Assembly (NCBI RefSeq): GCF_022837055.1
Contig: NC_062576.1
Coordinates: 18,222,144-18,286,143 of the forward strand
Reading direction: 5' to 3'
DNA: 64,000 bases
From: Prionailurus viverrinus
Lineage: Eukaryota
Shown here: piece by piece, positions 24,938 to 37,650 of the stretch
Layout: every line of letters starts with the position of its first letter
Position numbering within the stretch: the first letter of the stretch is position 1
The notes under the pieces: generated by a model
Database searches by the model: none
Told to the model about the DNA's origin: nothing
Seen by the model: only the letters and a program-made list of their open reading frames with translations
Made by a program: the position numbers and the translations under genes

Positions 24938-25820
24938 ATGATGAAACGAAGGAATTCAACCCAAAAGAAAGAGCAGGAAGAAACGACAGCCAAGGACTTA
25001 TCCAACACAGAAACAAGCAAGATGTCTGAACCAGAATTTAGAATCATAATAATAAGAATACTAGCTGGAGTTGAAAATAGATTAGAATCCCTTTCTGGGA
25101 AGATAAAAGAAGTAAAATCTAGTCAGGATGAAATAAAAAATGCTATAACTGAGATGTGATCTCGAATGGAGGCCACAGCAGCAAGGATGGATGAGACAGA
25201 ACAGAGAATCCGTGATATAGAGGACAAACTTATGGAGAATAATGAAGCAGAAAAAAAGAGGGAGATTAAGGGAAAAGGGCATGATTTAAGAATTAGAGAA
25301 ATCAGTGACTCATTAAAAAGGAACAACATCAGAATCATAGGGGTCTCAGAAGAGGAAGGGAGAGAAATAGGGGTAGAAGGGTTATGTGAGGAAATCATAG
25401 CGGGAAACTTTCCTAACCTGGGGAAAGACACAGACATAAAAATCCAGGAAGCACAGAGGCCCCCATTAGATTCAACAAAACCGACCATCAACAAGGCATA
25501 TCAGAGTCAAATTCACAAAATACTCCGACAAGGAGAGAATCATGAAAGCAGCAAGGGAAAAAGAGTCCCTAACCTACAAGGGAAGACAGATCAGGTTTGC
25601 AGCAGACCTATCCACAGAAACCTGGCAGGCCAGAAAGGAGTGGCAGGATATAGTCAATGTGCTGAATTGGAAAAATATGCACCCAAGAATTCTTTATCCA
25701 GCAAGGCTGTCATTCAAAATAGAAGGAGACACAAAAAGTTTCCCAGACAAACAAAAATTAAAGGAGTTTGTGACCACTAAACCAGCCCTGCAAGAAATTT
25801 TAAGGGGGACTCTCTGAGGG
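24938..25820 (+). pseudogene. L1 ORF1 remnant (coiled-coil and RRM-like ORF1p), broken by frameshifts
   Basis: ORF track pieces 24818..25159, 25166..25780 and 25542..25817 each carry ORF1p-like sequence (...LTYKGRQIRFAADLSTETWQARKEWQDIVNVLN...) in different frames. Confidence 0.85.
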
Positions 25821-25929
25821 GAGAAAAGATGAAACAAAAAACACAAATAAATAAATAAAGGCCAAAAGCAACAAGGACTAGAAAGGACCAGAGAACACCA
25901 GCAGACACTCCAACTCCACAAACAACATA

Positions 25930-28900
25930 ATGGCAATAAATTCATATCTTTCAGTACTCACTCTAAATGTCAATGGACTAAATGCTCCAATCAAAAGACA
26001 CAGGGTAACAGAATGGATTAAGAAAACAAGATCCATCTATATGCTGCTTACAAGAGACCCACTTTAGACCTAAAGATACCTTCAGATTGAAAGTAAGGGG
26101 ATGGAGAGCCATGTATCATGCTAACGGTCAACAAAAGAAAGCCGGAGTAGCCATACTTATATCAGACAATCTAGACTTTAAAATAAAGACTGTATCAACA
26201 GATGAAGAAGGGCATTATATCATACATAAGGGGTCTATCCACCAAGAAGACCTAACAATTGTAAACATTTATGTGCCAAATGTGTGAGCACACAAATATA
26301 TAAATCAATTAATCACAAACATAAAGGGCCTCATTGATTGCAATACCATAATAGTAGGAGACTTCAACACCCCACTCACAGCAATGGACAGATCACCTAA
26401 TCAAAAAATCAACCAGGAAACAATAGCTTTGAATGACACACTGGACCAGATGGATATAACAGATATATTCAGAACATTTCATCCTAAAGCAGTGGAATAT
26501 ACATTCTTCTCCAGTGCACATGTAACGTTCTCCAGAATAGACCACATGCTGGGACACAAATCAGCCCTCAACAAGTACAAAAAGATTGAGATTATACTGT
26601 GCATATTTTCAGGCCACAACTCTATGAAACTCGAAATCAACCACAAGAAAACATGTGGAAGGGTAACAAATACTTGGAGACTAAACAATATCCTACTAAA
26701 GAATGAATGGGCTAAGCAAGAAGTTAAAGAAGAAATTAAAAAGTTCATGGAAGCCAATGAAAATGATAACACCACAACCCAAAACCTCTGGGATGGAGGA
26801 AAGGTGGTCATAAGAGAAAGTATATCCAGGCTTTCCTAAAGAAGGAAGAAAGATCTCAGATACATAACCTAACCTTGCACCTTAAGGAGCTGGAAAAAGA
26901 ACAGCAAATAAAAACCACAACCAGAAGAAGACAGGAAATAATAAAGATTAGAGCAGAAATAAATGCTATTGAAACTAAAACAAAAAACAAAACAAAAAAA
27001 CCAGTAGAACCGATCAATGAAACCAGAAGCTGGTTCTTTGAAAGAATTTAAAAAATTGATAAACCACTAGCCAGTTGGATCAAAAAGAAAAAGGAAAGGA
27101 CCCAAATAAATAAAATCAAGAATGAAAGAGGAGAGATCACAACCAACACAGCAGAAATAAAAACAATAATAAGAGAATATTATGAACAATTATATACCAA
27201 TAAAATGGGAAACCTGGAAGAAATGGACAAATTCCTAGAAACATATACACTACCCAAACTGAAACAGGAAGAAATAGAAATTTGAACAGACTCATGACCA
27301 GAAAAAAAAAAAACGGAATTAGAAATAAAAAATGTCCCAAAACACAAGAGTCCAGGGCCAGATGGCTTTCCAGGGGAATTCTACCAAACATTTAAAGAAG
27401 AGTTAAGACCTATTCTCTTGAAGCTGTTCCAAAAAGATAGAAATGGAAGGACAACTTCCAAACTCTTTCTATGAAGCCAGCACTACCTTGCTTCCAAAAC
27501 CAAAGACCCCACTAAAAAGGAGAGCTACAGACCAATTTCCCTGATGAACATGGATGAAAAAATCCTCAACAAGATACTAGCCAACCAGATCCAACAATAC
27601 ATTAAGAGAATTATTCACCACAACCAAGTGGGATTTGTACCTGGGATGCAGGGCTGGTTCAGTATCCACAAAACAATTAATGTGATGCATCACATCAATA
27701 AAATAAAGGACAAGAACCACATGATCCTCTCAATAGATGCAGAGAAAGCATTTGAAAAAATACAGCATCTTTTCTTGATAAAACCGTCAAGAAAGTAGGG
27801 ATAGAAGATCATAAAAGCCATACATGAAAGACCCACCACTAATATCATCCTCAATGGGGAAAAACTGAGAGCTTTCCCCCTCTAAGGTCAGGAACATGAC
27901 AGGGATGTCCACTCTCACCACTGTTATTTAACATAGTATTGGAAGTCCTAGCTTCAGCAATCAGGCAACACAAAGGAATAAAAGGCATCCAAATCAGCAA
28001 GGAGGTAGTCAAACTTTCACTCTTCACACATGATATGATACTCTATATGGAAAACCCAAAAGATTCCACCTAAAAACTGCTGGAACTGATTCATGAATTC
28101 AGCAAAGTTGCAGGATAGAAAGTCAATGCACAGAAATCAGTTGCATTCCTATACACCAACAATGAAGCAACAGAAAAATAAATCAAGGAAACAATCCCAT
28201 TTATAATTGCACCAAAAGCCATAAAATACCTAGGAATAAGTCTAACCAAAGAGGTGAAAAATCTATACACTGAAAATTATAGAAAGCTTATGAAAGAAAT
28301 TGAAGAAGACACAAAAAATGGAAAAAGATTCCAAGCTCCTGAATAGGAAGAACAAATATTGTTAAAATGTTGATACTACCAAAGCAATCTACATATTCAA
28401 TGCAATCCCTATCAAAATAACACCAGCATTCTTCACAGAGCTAGAACAAACAATCCTAAACTTGTATGGAACCAGAAAAGACCCCGAATAGCCAAAACAA
28501 TCTGGAAAAAGAAAACCAAAGCAGGAGGTATTACAATCCTGGACTTCAAGCTATACTACAAAGCTGTAATCATAAAGACAGTATGGTACTGGCACAAGAA
28601 CAGACACTCAGATCAATGGAACAGAATAGAGAACCCAGACATGGACCCACAAACGTATGGCCAACTAATCTTTGACAAAGCAGGAAAGAATATCCAATGG
28701 AATAAAGACAGTCTCTCTAGCAAGTGGTGCTGGGAAAACTGGACAGAAAAAAGAGCCTGGACCACTTTCTTTCTTACACCATACACAAAAACAAACTCAA
28801 AATGGATGAAAGACCTAAATGTAAGACAGGAAGCCATCAAAATCCTCGAGGAGAAAGCAGGCAAAAACTTCTTTGATCTTGGCCGCAGCAACTTCTTATT

Positions 28901-29650
28901 CAACACGTCTCCAGAGGCAAAGGAAACAAAAGCAAAAATGAACTATTGGGACCTCATCAAAATAAAAAGCTTCTGCACGGCGAAGGAAACAATCAGCAAA
29001 ACTAAAAGGCAACCGACAAATGGGAGAAGATGTTTGCAAACGACAAAGCTGATAAAGGGTTAGTATCCAAAATCTATAAAGAACTTATCAAACTCAACAC
29101 CCAAAAAACAAGTAATCCAGTGAAGAAATGGGCAAAAGACATGAATAGACACTTCTCCAAAGAAGACATCCAGACGGCTAACAGACACATGACAAAATGC
29201 TCCACATCACTCATCATCAGGGAAATACAAATCAAAAACACAATGAGATATCACCTTACACCTGTCAGAATGGCTAACATTAACAATTCCGGCAACAACA
29301 GATGATGGCGAGGATGCAGAGAAAGAGGAACTCTTTTGCATTGCTGGTGGGAATGTGAGCTGGTGCAGACACACTGGAAAACTGTATGGAGGTTTTTTTC
29401 CTCAAAAAACTAAAAATAGAACTACCCTACAACCCAGCAATTGCACTACTAAGTATTTATCCAAGGGATACAGGGATGCTGTTTTGAAGGGACACACGCA
29501 CCCTGATGTTTATAGCAGCACTATCGACAATAGCCAAAGCATGGAAAGACACCAAATGTCCATGGATGGATGGATGTGGTATATATATACAATGGATTAT
29601 TCCTCAGCAATCAAAAAGAATGAAATCTTGCCATCTACAACTACATAGAT
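25930..29650 (+). pseudogene. L1 ORF2 remnant (endonuclease, reverse transcriptase and C-terminal domain) with multiple stops and frameshifts
   Basis: MAINSYLSVLTLNVNGLNAPIKRHRVTEWIKK then a stop. Later fragments include ...KVRGWRAMYHANGQQKKAGVAILISDNLDFK... and an RT piece ...[43 protein letters not shown]... across several ORF-track pieces. Confidence 0.85.
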
Positions 29651-31442
29651 GGAACTAGAGGGTTATTATGCTAAGCGAAATTAGTCAGAGAAAGACAAAT
29701 ATCATATGACTTCACTCATATGAGGACTTTAAGACCCAGAACAGATGAACATAAGGGAAGGGAAGCAAAAATAACATAAGAACAGGTAGGGGAACAAAAC
29801 ATGAGACTCTTAAATATGGAGAACAGAGGGTTACTGGAAGGGTGGTGGGAGGGGACATGGGCTAAATGGGTAAGGGTCATTAAGGTATCTGCTCCTGAAA
29901 TCTTCGGATGTACATTAAAAACAACAAAACAAAACAAAAACTTCCTTTCTCTGTGTGTTTCATTTGGATAATTTCTGTGGCTATGCCTTCAGCTTCACTA
30001 ATCTTTTCTTCTGCGATGTCTCATCTACTGTTGATTCCATTCAGTGTAGTTTTCATCTCTGACACTGTAATTTTCTGTATTTTTTTAAGTAATCTCGACA
30101 CCCAACGTGGGGCTCAAACTCACAACCCCAAGAGCAAGAGTTGTGTGCTCTACAGACTGAGCCAGCCAAGTGTCCTTGACATTGGAATTTTCGTTTCTTT
30201 CTTATATGTCCATGTCTCTATTTAACTTTTTAAAAACATATGGAATATCATTAGAGTAGCTGTTTAATGTCCTTTTCTGCTCCCTCTAGCGTTTGTATAA
30301 GTGCTGGGTTGGTTTCAATTGATTGATGATTCTCCTCATTCTGCGTCATGCATAATCTGTGGCTGATTGGCCAGCGTTGTGAGTTTTACCTTGCCGAGTG
30401 CCAGATACTTTGGTAATCTGTGTGATTTGTTAGGCAGGTGCATAGTAGTGCTCAGCTTGGGGCTGATTATTCCCCACTACTAAGTGAAACCCTTCCTGAA
30501 CACTCTGCCCTCCACTTTGTCACATTGCTAGTCGGGCTGGTGCGAAAAGGCCCTGAGCACAGCTGCCTGCAGAGATGGCTCTCGCCCTGGTGTCCTCAAA
30601 GGACAAATCTCACTTGTTTTCCTTTCTCTCTGGGATTGCGAGGCATGTTACTGCCTTTCATTGCTTGGTGTCCACTGTTTTGAAAACCGTTGTATCGTGT
30701 GTTTTGTCTGGTTTTGTTGCAGTGGTGGTGGCAGTTTCTGGCGGGAAGGTAAAACTGGTCCCTGTGACTCCACCTTGAGGAGAAGCAGGGATCTTGGTGT
30801 GTGTGTTTCTAAGAGCTCTCAGGTGATCCAGGGTGCAGCCAGGTGAGAGCCACTTTACAGACCTGTTTTCTCTGCTTGAAATGTTTTTTTCTCAGTCAAA
30901 TAGAATCTTTGATTATCTCCTCTCCTCCATTTTCTTGGTGCTCTCTGGAACTTCTGTTAGATTAATATGGAATACATTGGCCCTCCATCTCTTAACTTTT
31001 CTTTCATACTTTCCATTTCGTTGTCATTTTGTTCTACATCCTGAGAGATTTTTAAACTTTTCGTCTCATACCTTCCTTTGATTAGCTTTTTCTTTTTTCT
31101 TTTTTAACATAAGTAGCCTTCATGCCAAGGATGGAGCCCAACGCGGAGCTTGACCTCACACAGGTGACACTTGGCGATGTTTGGAGACATCTTTGGTTGT
31201 AACATCTATGGGGTTAGTGAATAGAGACCAGAGAGGCTGTGAAATATCCTACAGCATGCAGGAAAGTCTCCCCCACCAAGAATTACCTGGGTCAGATGTC
31301 AATACTGTGAAGGTGAGGAAACCCTAGTTTAAGACCATTTGGGAGCAGGCTGCCACAACTCACACCACCAAAGGCCAAGGCAAGGAGGGATCCTCCATAC
31401 CCACTTCAGGAGACTTCCTGGGCACGTATTCAAGTTTGTTTA

Positions 31443-31930
31443 AAAGAGCTCGGGGCACCTGGGTGGCTCAGTTGGTTAAGCGTCCGACTTCGGCTCAAAT
31501 CATGATATCGTTCATAGGTTTGAGCCCCATGTTGGGCTCTGTGCTGACAGCTTGGAGCATGGAGCCTGCTTCAGATTCTGTGTCTCCCTCTCTCTCTACC
31601 CCTCCCCTGCTTGTGCTCTGTCTTTCTCTGTCTCTCAGAAGTAAATAAACATTACAAAATTCTCCAAAAAAATTAACAAATAAATAAAATAAAATCTTAA
31701 AAAAAAAAAAAAGAAGAAGAGTGCCTGGGTGGCTCAGTCAGTTGAGTTTCTGACTCTTGATTCGGCTCAGGTTATGATCTCCTGTTTTGGGGGTTCAAGC
31801 CCCAAGTCCTGCTCCCCACTGAGGGTGGGGCTTACTTGAGATTCTCTGCCTCCCTCCCTCTCTCCCCTCCCCCAATTGCTTGCTTGCCCGTGCACACACT
31901 CTCTCTCTCAAAATATATATAAAGTTTTAA
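31443..31930 (+). mobile_element. Two CAN-SINEs (about 31443-31700 and 31728-31930)
   Basis: GGGGCACCTGGGTGGCTCAGTTGGTTAAGCGTCCGACTTCGGCTCAAATCATG... and GTGCCTGGGTGGCTCAGTCAGTTGAGTTTCTGACTCTTGATTCGGCTCAGG... Confidence 0.85.
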
Positions 31931-32055
31931 AAAAGGTTAATATAATAAATTTCTTTACATGTATTTACAACAATAAAAAATGTTACATCTAAATAAATTA
32001 ATAAATAAGTAAAATCTGAATATTATGTATATTCTGTTTTAATTAGTCATTCTTC

Positions 32056-32268
32056 GGGGCACCTGGGTGGCGCAGTCGGTTAAGCGTCCGACTTCAGCCA
32101 GGTCACGATCTCGCGGTCCGTGAGTTCGAGCCCCGCATCGGGCTCTGGGCTGATGGCTCAGAGCCTGGAGCCTGCTTCCGATTCTGTGTCTCCCTCTCTC
32201 TCTGCCCCTCCCCCGTTCATGCTCTGTCTCTCTCTGTCTCAAAAATAAAGAAAACATTAAAAAAAAAA
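32056..32268 (+). mobile_element. Young CAN-SINE with a perfect 15-bp TSD (AATTAGTCATTCTTC at 32041-32055 and about 32267-32281); absent from the paralogous site in copy A (about 4665)
   Basis: CpG-intact sequence GGGGCACCTGGGTGGCGCAGTCGGTTAAGCGTCCGACTTCAGCCAGGTCACGATCTCGCGGTCCGTGAGTTCGAGCCCCGCATCGGG... Copy A reads TTTTAATCAGTGATCCCTTAAAAAAACAAAGCACTAAGGGCACCTGG without the element. Confidence 0.9.
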
Positions 32269-32299
32269 TTAGTCATTCTTCAAAAAAAAAAAACCACTC

Positions 32300-32965
32300 A
32301 GGGCATCTGGCTGGCCTAGTCGGTAGAGCCTGTGACTCTTATTCTCAGGGTTGTGAGTTCAAGCCTCATGCTGGGTGTGGAACCTACTAAAATAAAATTT
32401 TAATTTAAAATTTAAACAAAACACTAGAAGGGTAAACATTATTAAAACCAGGAAGATCTGACATGATCTAGAATCAAAATGAGATGTTTTGATTCTTAAC
32501 TATCTCTTATCACTTAAAAAAATAGCTTAACATTTTTGGAGGGTGCCTGGGTGGCTCAGTTGGTTAGGCATCCAACTCTTGATTTTGGCTCAGGTCATGA
32601 TCTCATGGTTCATGAACCCCGTATTGGGCTTCATGACAACAACATGGAGCCTGCTTGGGATGCCTTCCTTCACTTCTGCTTAGATCGTCCCTGTCCAATC
32701 TAGCCACTTGTATACCTTAACACTTCTCTGCAGCCAAAGCTCACAGGCCCCATCAGAAGATAAAGGGACCTGGGGTACCTGGGTGGCTTAGTCGCTTGAG
32801 CGTCTGACTTTGGCTCAGGTCGTGATCTCACACTTCGTGAGTTTGAGCCCCGCATCAGGCTCCTCACTGACAGTGTGAAGACTGCTTGGAATTCTCTCTC
32901 TCTGCCCCTCCCCACTTGTTTTCCCTCTCTCTCTCTCTCTCAAAATAAATAAATAAACTTAAAAA
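32300..32965 (+). mobile_element. Three SINEs (about 32300-32410 short type, 32540-32690, 32770-32965), paralogous to 4697-5396
   Basis: Canonical heads. The copies are collinear with copy A SINEs. Confidence 0.85.
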
Positions 32966-34154
32966 ACGAATAAGTAAAAAAAGAAGGTAAGGGGACCAGA
33001 ACGATCTCAAGGAAGCTAAGTATGTGTAGGGGCAACTTCCCACATGGCCACTTGTGAATGGCACATGGGTCCCTTTTCTCTGCCATGATGCCACTTGGAA
33101 AGTCACTGAGGTCCATTCTATACTGAGGCTTTCTGTAGCCAGCATCTGACCCCACACCCTGTGATACATGGCTGCCCACCAGATGTTCCCAGGAGAAAGG
33201 AGGGCCCAAGGGGCTGCCACATCTTTTCCCAATTCCTACACGAAATGGGCCTGCCCGTACGAAGGTTCTTAGTCTGATTCTGGTGGAGATGGGTGGTCTC
33301 AAGAAAATGTTAAGCTTTATCTCCTCCACAACATACCTGGCCAGGATGGAGCCTCTCCTTAGACGATGAGAAACAGAAGAACTTCCTCGGAGCTCGCCTT
33401 GCATCAGGCAGTGTTCTGGAACTTTACTTCTGTTAAGTACATCACAACCACAGCAACCTGAGGAGGTAGGCAAAATTATTGCCTTTTTGTTTGTGTATGT
33501 GTGTGTTTTCAGATGAGAACAGAAGCAGAGAGAAGTGATATAACTTTCCCCAGGGACCCAGCTTCTGAGTCCTGCCCCGTCTGTGCGCCTCTCAAACACT
33601 CCAACCTGCGTCTGTCTTCCTGTGCTTGTAGAACGTGCCAAGTGCAAGAGCAGGTGACTGTTGGAGCCTCAGTCATATATGAAGGAAATGAAATCAGCTC
33701 ATACTTTCAGCTGAATTGTTCCTGACACAAAGCAAGAATGACCGTGTCCTGGTGGAATGACCTCACCTCATTCCCATTTGATACTGTTATATCAATATTT
33801 GATGTTATATTGTGTTATGTTCTGGAGAATGCTCTTTGTGAGGAGGAAAACAAATAGAGGAAACAAAGGAAAAAATAAACAAAGCAAGTTTTGCAGTTGC
33901 ATTACAATTGATCAAGCCTTGCGGTAAGAGATGTGGAGGCTGAAGGCAAAAATGATAGAGGTTAGGGGCACCTGGCTGGCTCAGTCTGTACAGCATGTGA
34001 CTCTGATCTCCGGGTTGTGAGGTTGAGCCCCATGTAGGATTAGAGATTACTTAACATTCAGATCTCAAAAAAAACAACAACCACACACAAAGGCTAAAAA
34101 AAAGCTACCATGTAATCATAGCTCAATAAACAGAAATTAAAACCAGGTTCCCAA

Positions 34155-34314
34155 GGCACCCAGGTGGCTCAGTTGGTTAAGCAGCTGACTTCGGCTCAGG
34201 TAATGATCTCACAGTTCATGGGTTCAAGCTCCACATTGGGCTCTGTGCTCACAGCTCAGAGCCTGGAGCGTGCTTTGGATTCTGTGGAACCCTCTCTCTC
34301 TGCCCCTCCTCCAC

Positions 34315-34359
<45 letters not shown>

Positions 34360-34925
34360 AATAAAGAAATAAACATTAAAAAAATTCTTGTGTCAAGTTG
34401 TATGATGCATATACAAAGCTCTCCAGGATCTGAACTAAGCTAAACCATAAAAATAAAGCTAACTGTAAATGAGAAAGAAAGCCCATGCTCCCTCATCAAC
34501 CTTATCTGAAAGAAATGAAAAAGAAAGACCATATTTTTTGAGAATTGAAGAGAGAAAAAAATAAATGTTAACTCAGTATTATATGTGCCAGAGCTGTGTC
34601 AGGGGCTTGACACAAATTGGTTAGACTCATTATCTCCTATCACAGATGAACAAACTGAAGTTCGAGGATCATGGAGGCAGGGCATGAACCAAGCTTTACG
34701 ACATGTCTCTTGCTGGGGGTTCCTGGGTGGCTCAGTCAGTTAAGCGTCCGACTTTGGCTCAGGTCATGACCTGGTGGTCAGTGAGTTAGAGCCCTACGTC
34801 GGGCTCTGTGCTGACTGCTCAGAGCCTGGAGCCTGCTTTGGATTCTCTCTCTCTCTGCCCCACCCCGTCCCTGCTCACCCTCTGTCTCTCTCTCTCAAAA
34901 ATGAATAAACATTAAAAAAAATTTA
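34155..34925 (+). mobile_element. Two CAN-SINEs (about 34155-34385 with a (CT)n tail; about 34720-34925), paralogous to 11290-12095
   Basis: CCAGGTGGCTCAGTTGGTTAAGCAGCTGACTTCGGCTCAGG... and GGGGTTCCTGGGTGGCTCAGTCAGTTAAGCGTCCGACTTTGGCTCAGG... Confidence 0.85.
34319..34356. repeat. (CT)n microsatellite in a SINE tail
   Basis: TCTCTCTCTCTCTCTCTCTCTCTCTCTCTCTCTCTCTC. Confidence 0.95.
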
Positions 34926-35729
34926 AAGACATGTCTCTTACTAAGGCACCATTCTATGCATGAATTCTTGGCAGGTTGCTATAGGTTTCTGACTTTAAGA
35001 AATGATTAACACATTTCGCAATATATACATATGTCGAATCAGCATGTTGTAATCCCTGAAACTAATATAATGTTACGTGTCAATTCCATGTCAAAAAATA
35101 AAATAAAATAAAAAGATTATCAACATATTCTTCCATACTTGAGTCTGGGTCTCAGGCGCTGCTCTAATTATTACCCTAAAGGTGTCCCAACCCATTTCTG
35201 GCCTGGCAGTTTTGAACTGTGTTGACATATAAAAAATCGTACCCTTTGATAGAGGTAGAGTTTATTTTTCTCAAGGATTTTTTTTTTAAAGAGCAGTTCA
35301 CAATAGAAAAGAACATTTTATATTGTGAGCCAGTTACGCGTAGGATAGAGTATTTGACTGAAACGCTACCTCAGGAAATAGTATTTAGCCTTGTTACATG
35401 CGATGCTCTTACTTTCTCTATTTCATTCTAAAATATGTTGGTTTGGGGGCACCTGGGTGGCTCAGGTGGGAAAGCATGAGATTCTTGTTGTAGGGCTTGT
35501 GGGTTCGAGCCCCACGTTGGGTAGAGAGCTTACTAAAGAAAATAAACTTAAAAAAATACGTTGTTTTTGAGCTGTTAAAGTGATTTCATGGTCCACTAGT
35601 GAGTTAAGACCCACAATCTGAAGAACTCTGTCCTTGAGGATTTTGGTTGATCTCGAGACCATTTGCTTCTCATGTTCCAAATGCAGAAATACAGGCTCTA
35701 AGAAATAGTGACTTTTTATTTTTTAGCGC

Positions 35730-35935
35730 TTATTTATGTATTTATGAGAGTTTGGGAGAGAGAGCCCACACAAGTGAGGGAGGGGCAGAGAAAGAGAGGG
35801 AGACACAGAATCCGAAGCAGGCTCCAGGCTCCGATCTGTCAGCACAGAGCCCGACATGGGGCTCGAACTGTGAGATTATGGCCTGAATCGAAAACAGATG
35901 CTTAACCAACCAAGCCACCCAGGCACCCTAGTGAC
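35730..35935 (-). mobile_element. CAN-SINE, antisense; left flank of the 3.7 kb copy-B-specific block
   Basis: ...GAATCCGAAGCAGGCTCCAGGCTCCGATCTGTCAGCACAGAGCCCGACATGGGGCTCGAACTGTGAG...CAAGCCACCCAGGCACCC. Confidence 0.85.
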
Positions 35936-36944
35936 TTTTTAAAATTCACATGGCTAATGAGTGTTGGAATGGAGGACCTTAACCCACAATTCTGTCTTTA
36001 GGTACAGTATGCTACCGAACAGGGTTTCACCAGAAGGTTCAGAAATAAGAAACAAGAAAACCCAAATTCAAGCCTGCCAGAAGAGAGACACTGGCCTGAA
36101 AAGACAAAGGAGGAGTATTTAATGGAATTCTCACCGCAGACAAGGCATGTGACGGTCATTTATGGGGCACCTGTAATGTGCCAGATGGGAAGCAGGAGCC
36201 TGGAATTCAGAGCTGGACAAGACAGGCCTTCCGCCTTAGAATGGGCTTGGGGTTTGGTGGAGAAGGCTTCTGTGTACACAGATAAATTACAGCGCAGGGT
36301 AATCAGAGCTGAGCTGGGGAGGTAGCAAACACAGTTGGAGGCCAGAAAAAGGAATTCTGTCTGAAGTGGAGGGGCTGGAGGGAGACCCCTATGATAGAAG
36401 CCCTAGGGAGGAGTGCAGGGGGTGGTGCGTGCAGGGGGTAGTGGGGGGAGGGGTAGGGGCTGAATGTCTTAAGGGTAGAAGATGGGCAGGTGAGCAGGAC
36501 AGGAGAACATTTAGGCAGCCAGAGTGGCAGGAGCAAACAGCTGGCTAGTGTAGGGACTGGCATGTGGGTTACGAGGGACAGGAGGCAAGGTGTGGTGTCC
36601 CGATCAGATGGGGGCCCCCAAATGTGCAGTGACCACCTGGTGGAGGCTGGGGGCTTGGGCCGTGAAAGAATTCACCTGAGGCAGAACAAAGGAGATAGAA
36701 GCTTATGGAATACACAGCAAGGTTGCAGAGGAGAGGCTGTCTGAGAAGAGGCAGTGTGGGGGATGGGGGACTATTTTGGAAGGGGGAAGGTGAGGACTTA
36801 TGGGGATATATAGAATTCTCCCCTTTGGTGGTGACTGTGCCTGGTTGTAAGCAGCCCATTGGTCAGTTAGAGCCTATAACTGATGCATGGAGGTGCCCCC
36901 GACCCATGGGCCTGTCTGTATTCAGCCAGGGGGTCGCCGTGGCC

Positions 36945-37650
36945 CTTTTCTTTTTTTTTTTTTTAAAGAGTTTTTTACTTCATTATTTTTTTAATTTTAT
37001 GTTCTTAAATTTACATCCAAATTATTTAGCCTATGGTGCAACAATGATTTCAGGAGTAGATTCCTTAGTGCCCCTTACCCATGTAGCCCATCCCCCCTCC
37101 CACACTCCCACCAGTAACCCTCTGTTTGTTCTCCATTTTAAAGTCTCTTCTGTTTTGTCCGCCTCCCTGTTTTTATATTATTTTTGCTTCCCTTCCCTTG
37201 TGTTCATCTGTTTTGTATTTTAATATCCTCGTATGAGCGAAGTCATATGATTTTTGTCTTTCTCTAATTTCGCTTAGCATAATACCCTCCAGTTCCATCC
37301 ACGTAGCTGCAAATGGCAAGATTTCATTCTTTTTTGATTGCCGAGTGATACTCCGTTGTATATATATATACACCACATCTTTATCCATTCATCCATCAAT
37401 GGACATTTGGGCTCTTTCCATACTTTGGCTATTGTCGATGGTGCTGCTATAAACATGGGGCTGCAAGTGTCCCTTCGAAACAGCACATGAAACAGTGGAT
37501 AAACACCTAGTAGTGCAGTTGCTGGGTCGTAGGGTACTTCTATTTTTAATTTTTTGAGGAGCCTCCATACTTTTTCCGGAGTGGCTACACCAGCTTGCAT
37601 CCCATCGTTGTGGCCCTTTTCTACCTCCTGTCACCCAAGCCTGTTTGCCT
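36945..37650 (-). mobile_element. 5'-truncated L1 3'-end fragment (ORF2 C-terminus plus 3'UTR), antisense
   Basis: Poly-T at 36950-36965. Minus-strand ORF 37389..37634 translates to ...CSHSGKSMEAPQKIKNRSTLRPSNCTTRCLS...STIDNSQSMERAQMSIDG, which parallels the + strand L1 C-terminus at 29355-29648. Confidence 0.8.

Larger units (their letters stand above)
23198..29935 (+). mobile_element. Full-length L1 (carnivore L1 family), about 6.7 kb, with 14-bp target-site duplication AAAAACTTCCTTTC (23184-23197 and 29936-29949); both ORFs disrupted
   Basis: The 5' end reads GGGAGGAGCCAAGATGGCAGAACAGC, typical of an L1 5'UTR. ORF1p-like and ORF2p-like (endonuclease and reverse transcriptase) translations are spread over three frames. 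The 3' end has an A-rich tail. The flanking direct repeats are perfect. Confidence 0.9.

Noticed and set aside
25166-25780. 204-aa ORF resembling L1 ORF1p as a potentially live gene
   Set aside because: The ORF1 sequence is split over three frames (24818..25159, 25166..25780, 25542..25817). ORF2 has an in-frame stop 40 codons after its ATG. The element is dead.
31436-31648. Many 60-120 aa ORFs containing GAWVAQSVKCLTL..., [11 protein letters not shown]... or LSLSLSL motifs throughout the window; also tRNA-like sequences
   Set aside because: These are translations of CAN-SINE bodies and their (CT)n tails. The tRNA-Lys-like SINE heads would be flagged by tRNA scanners but are not tRNA genes.
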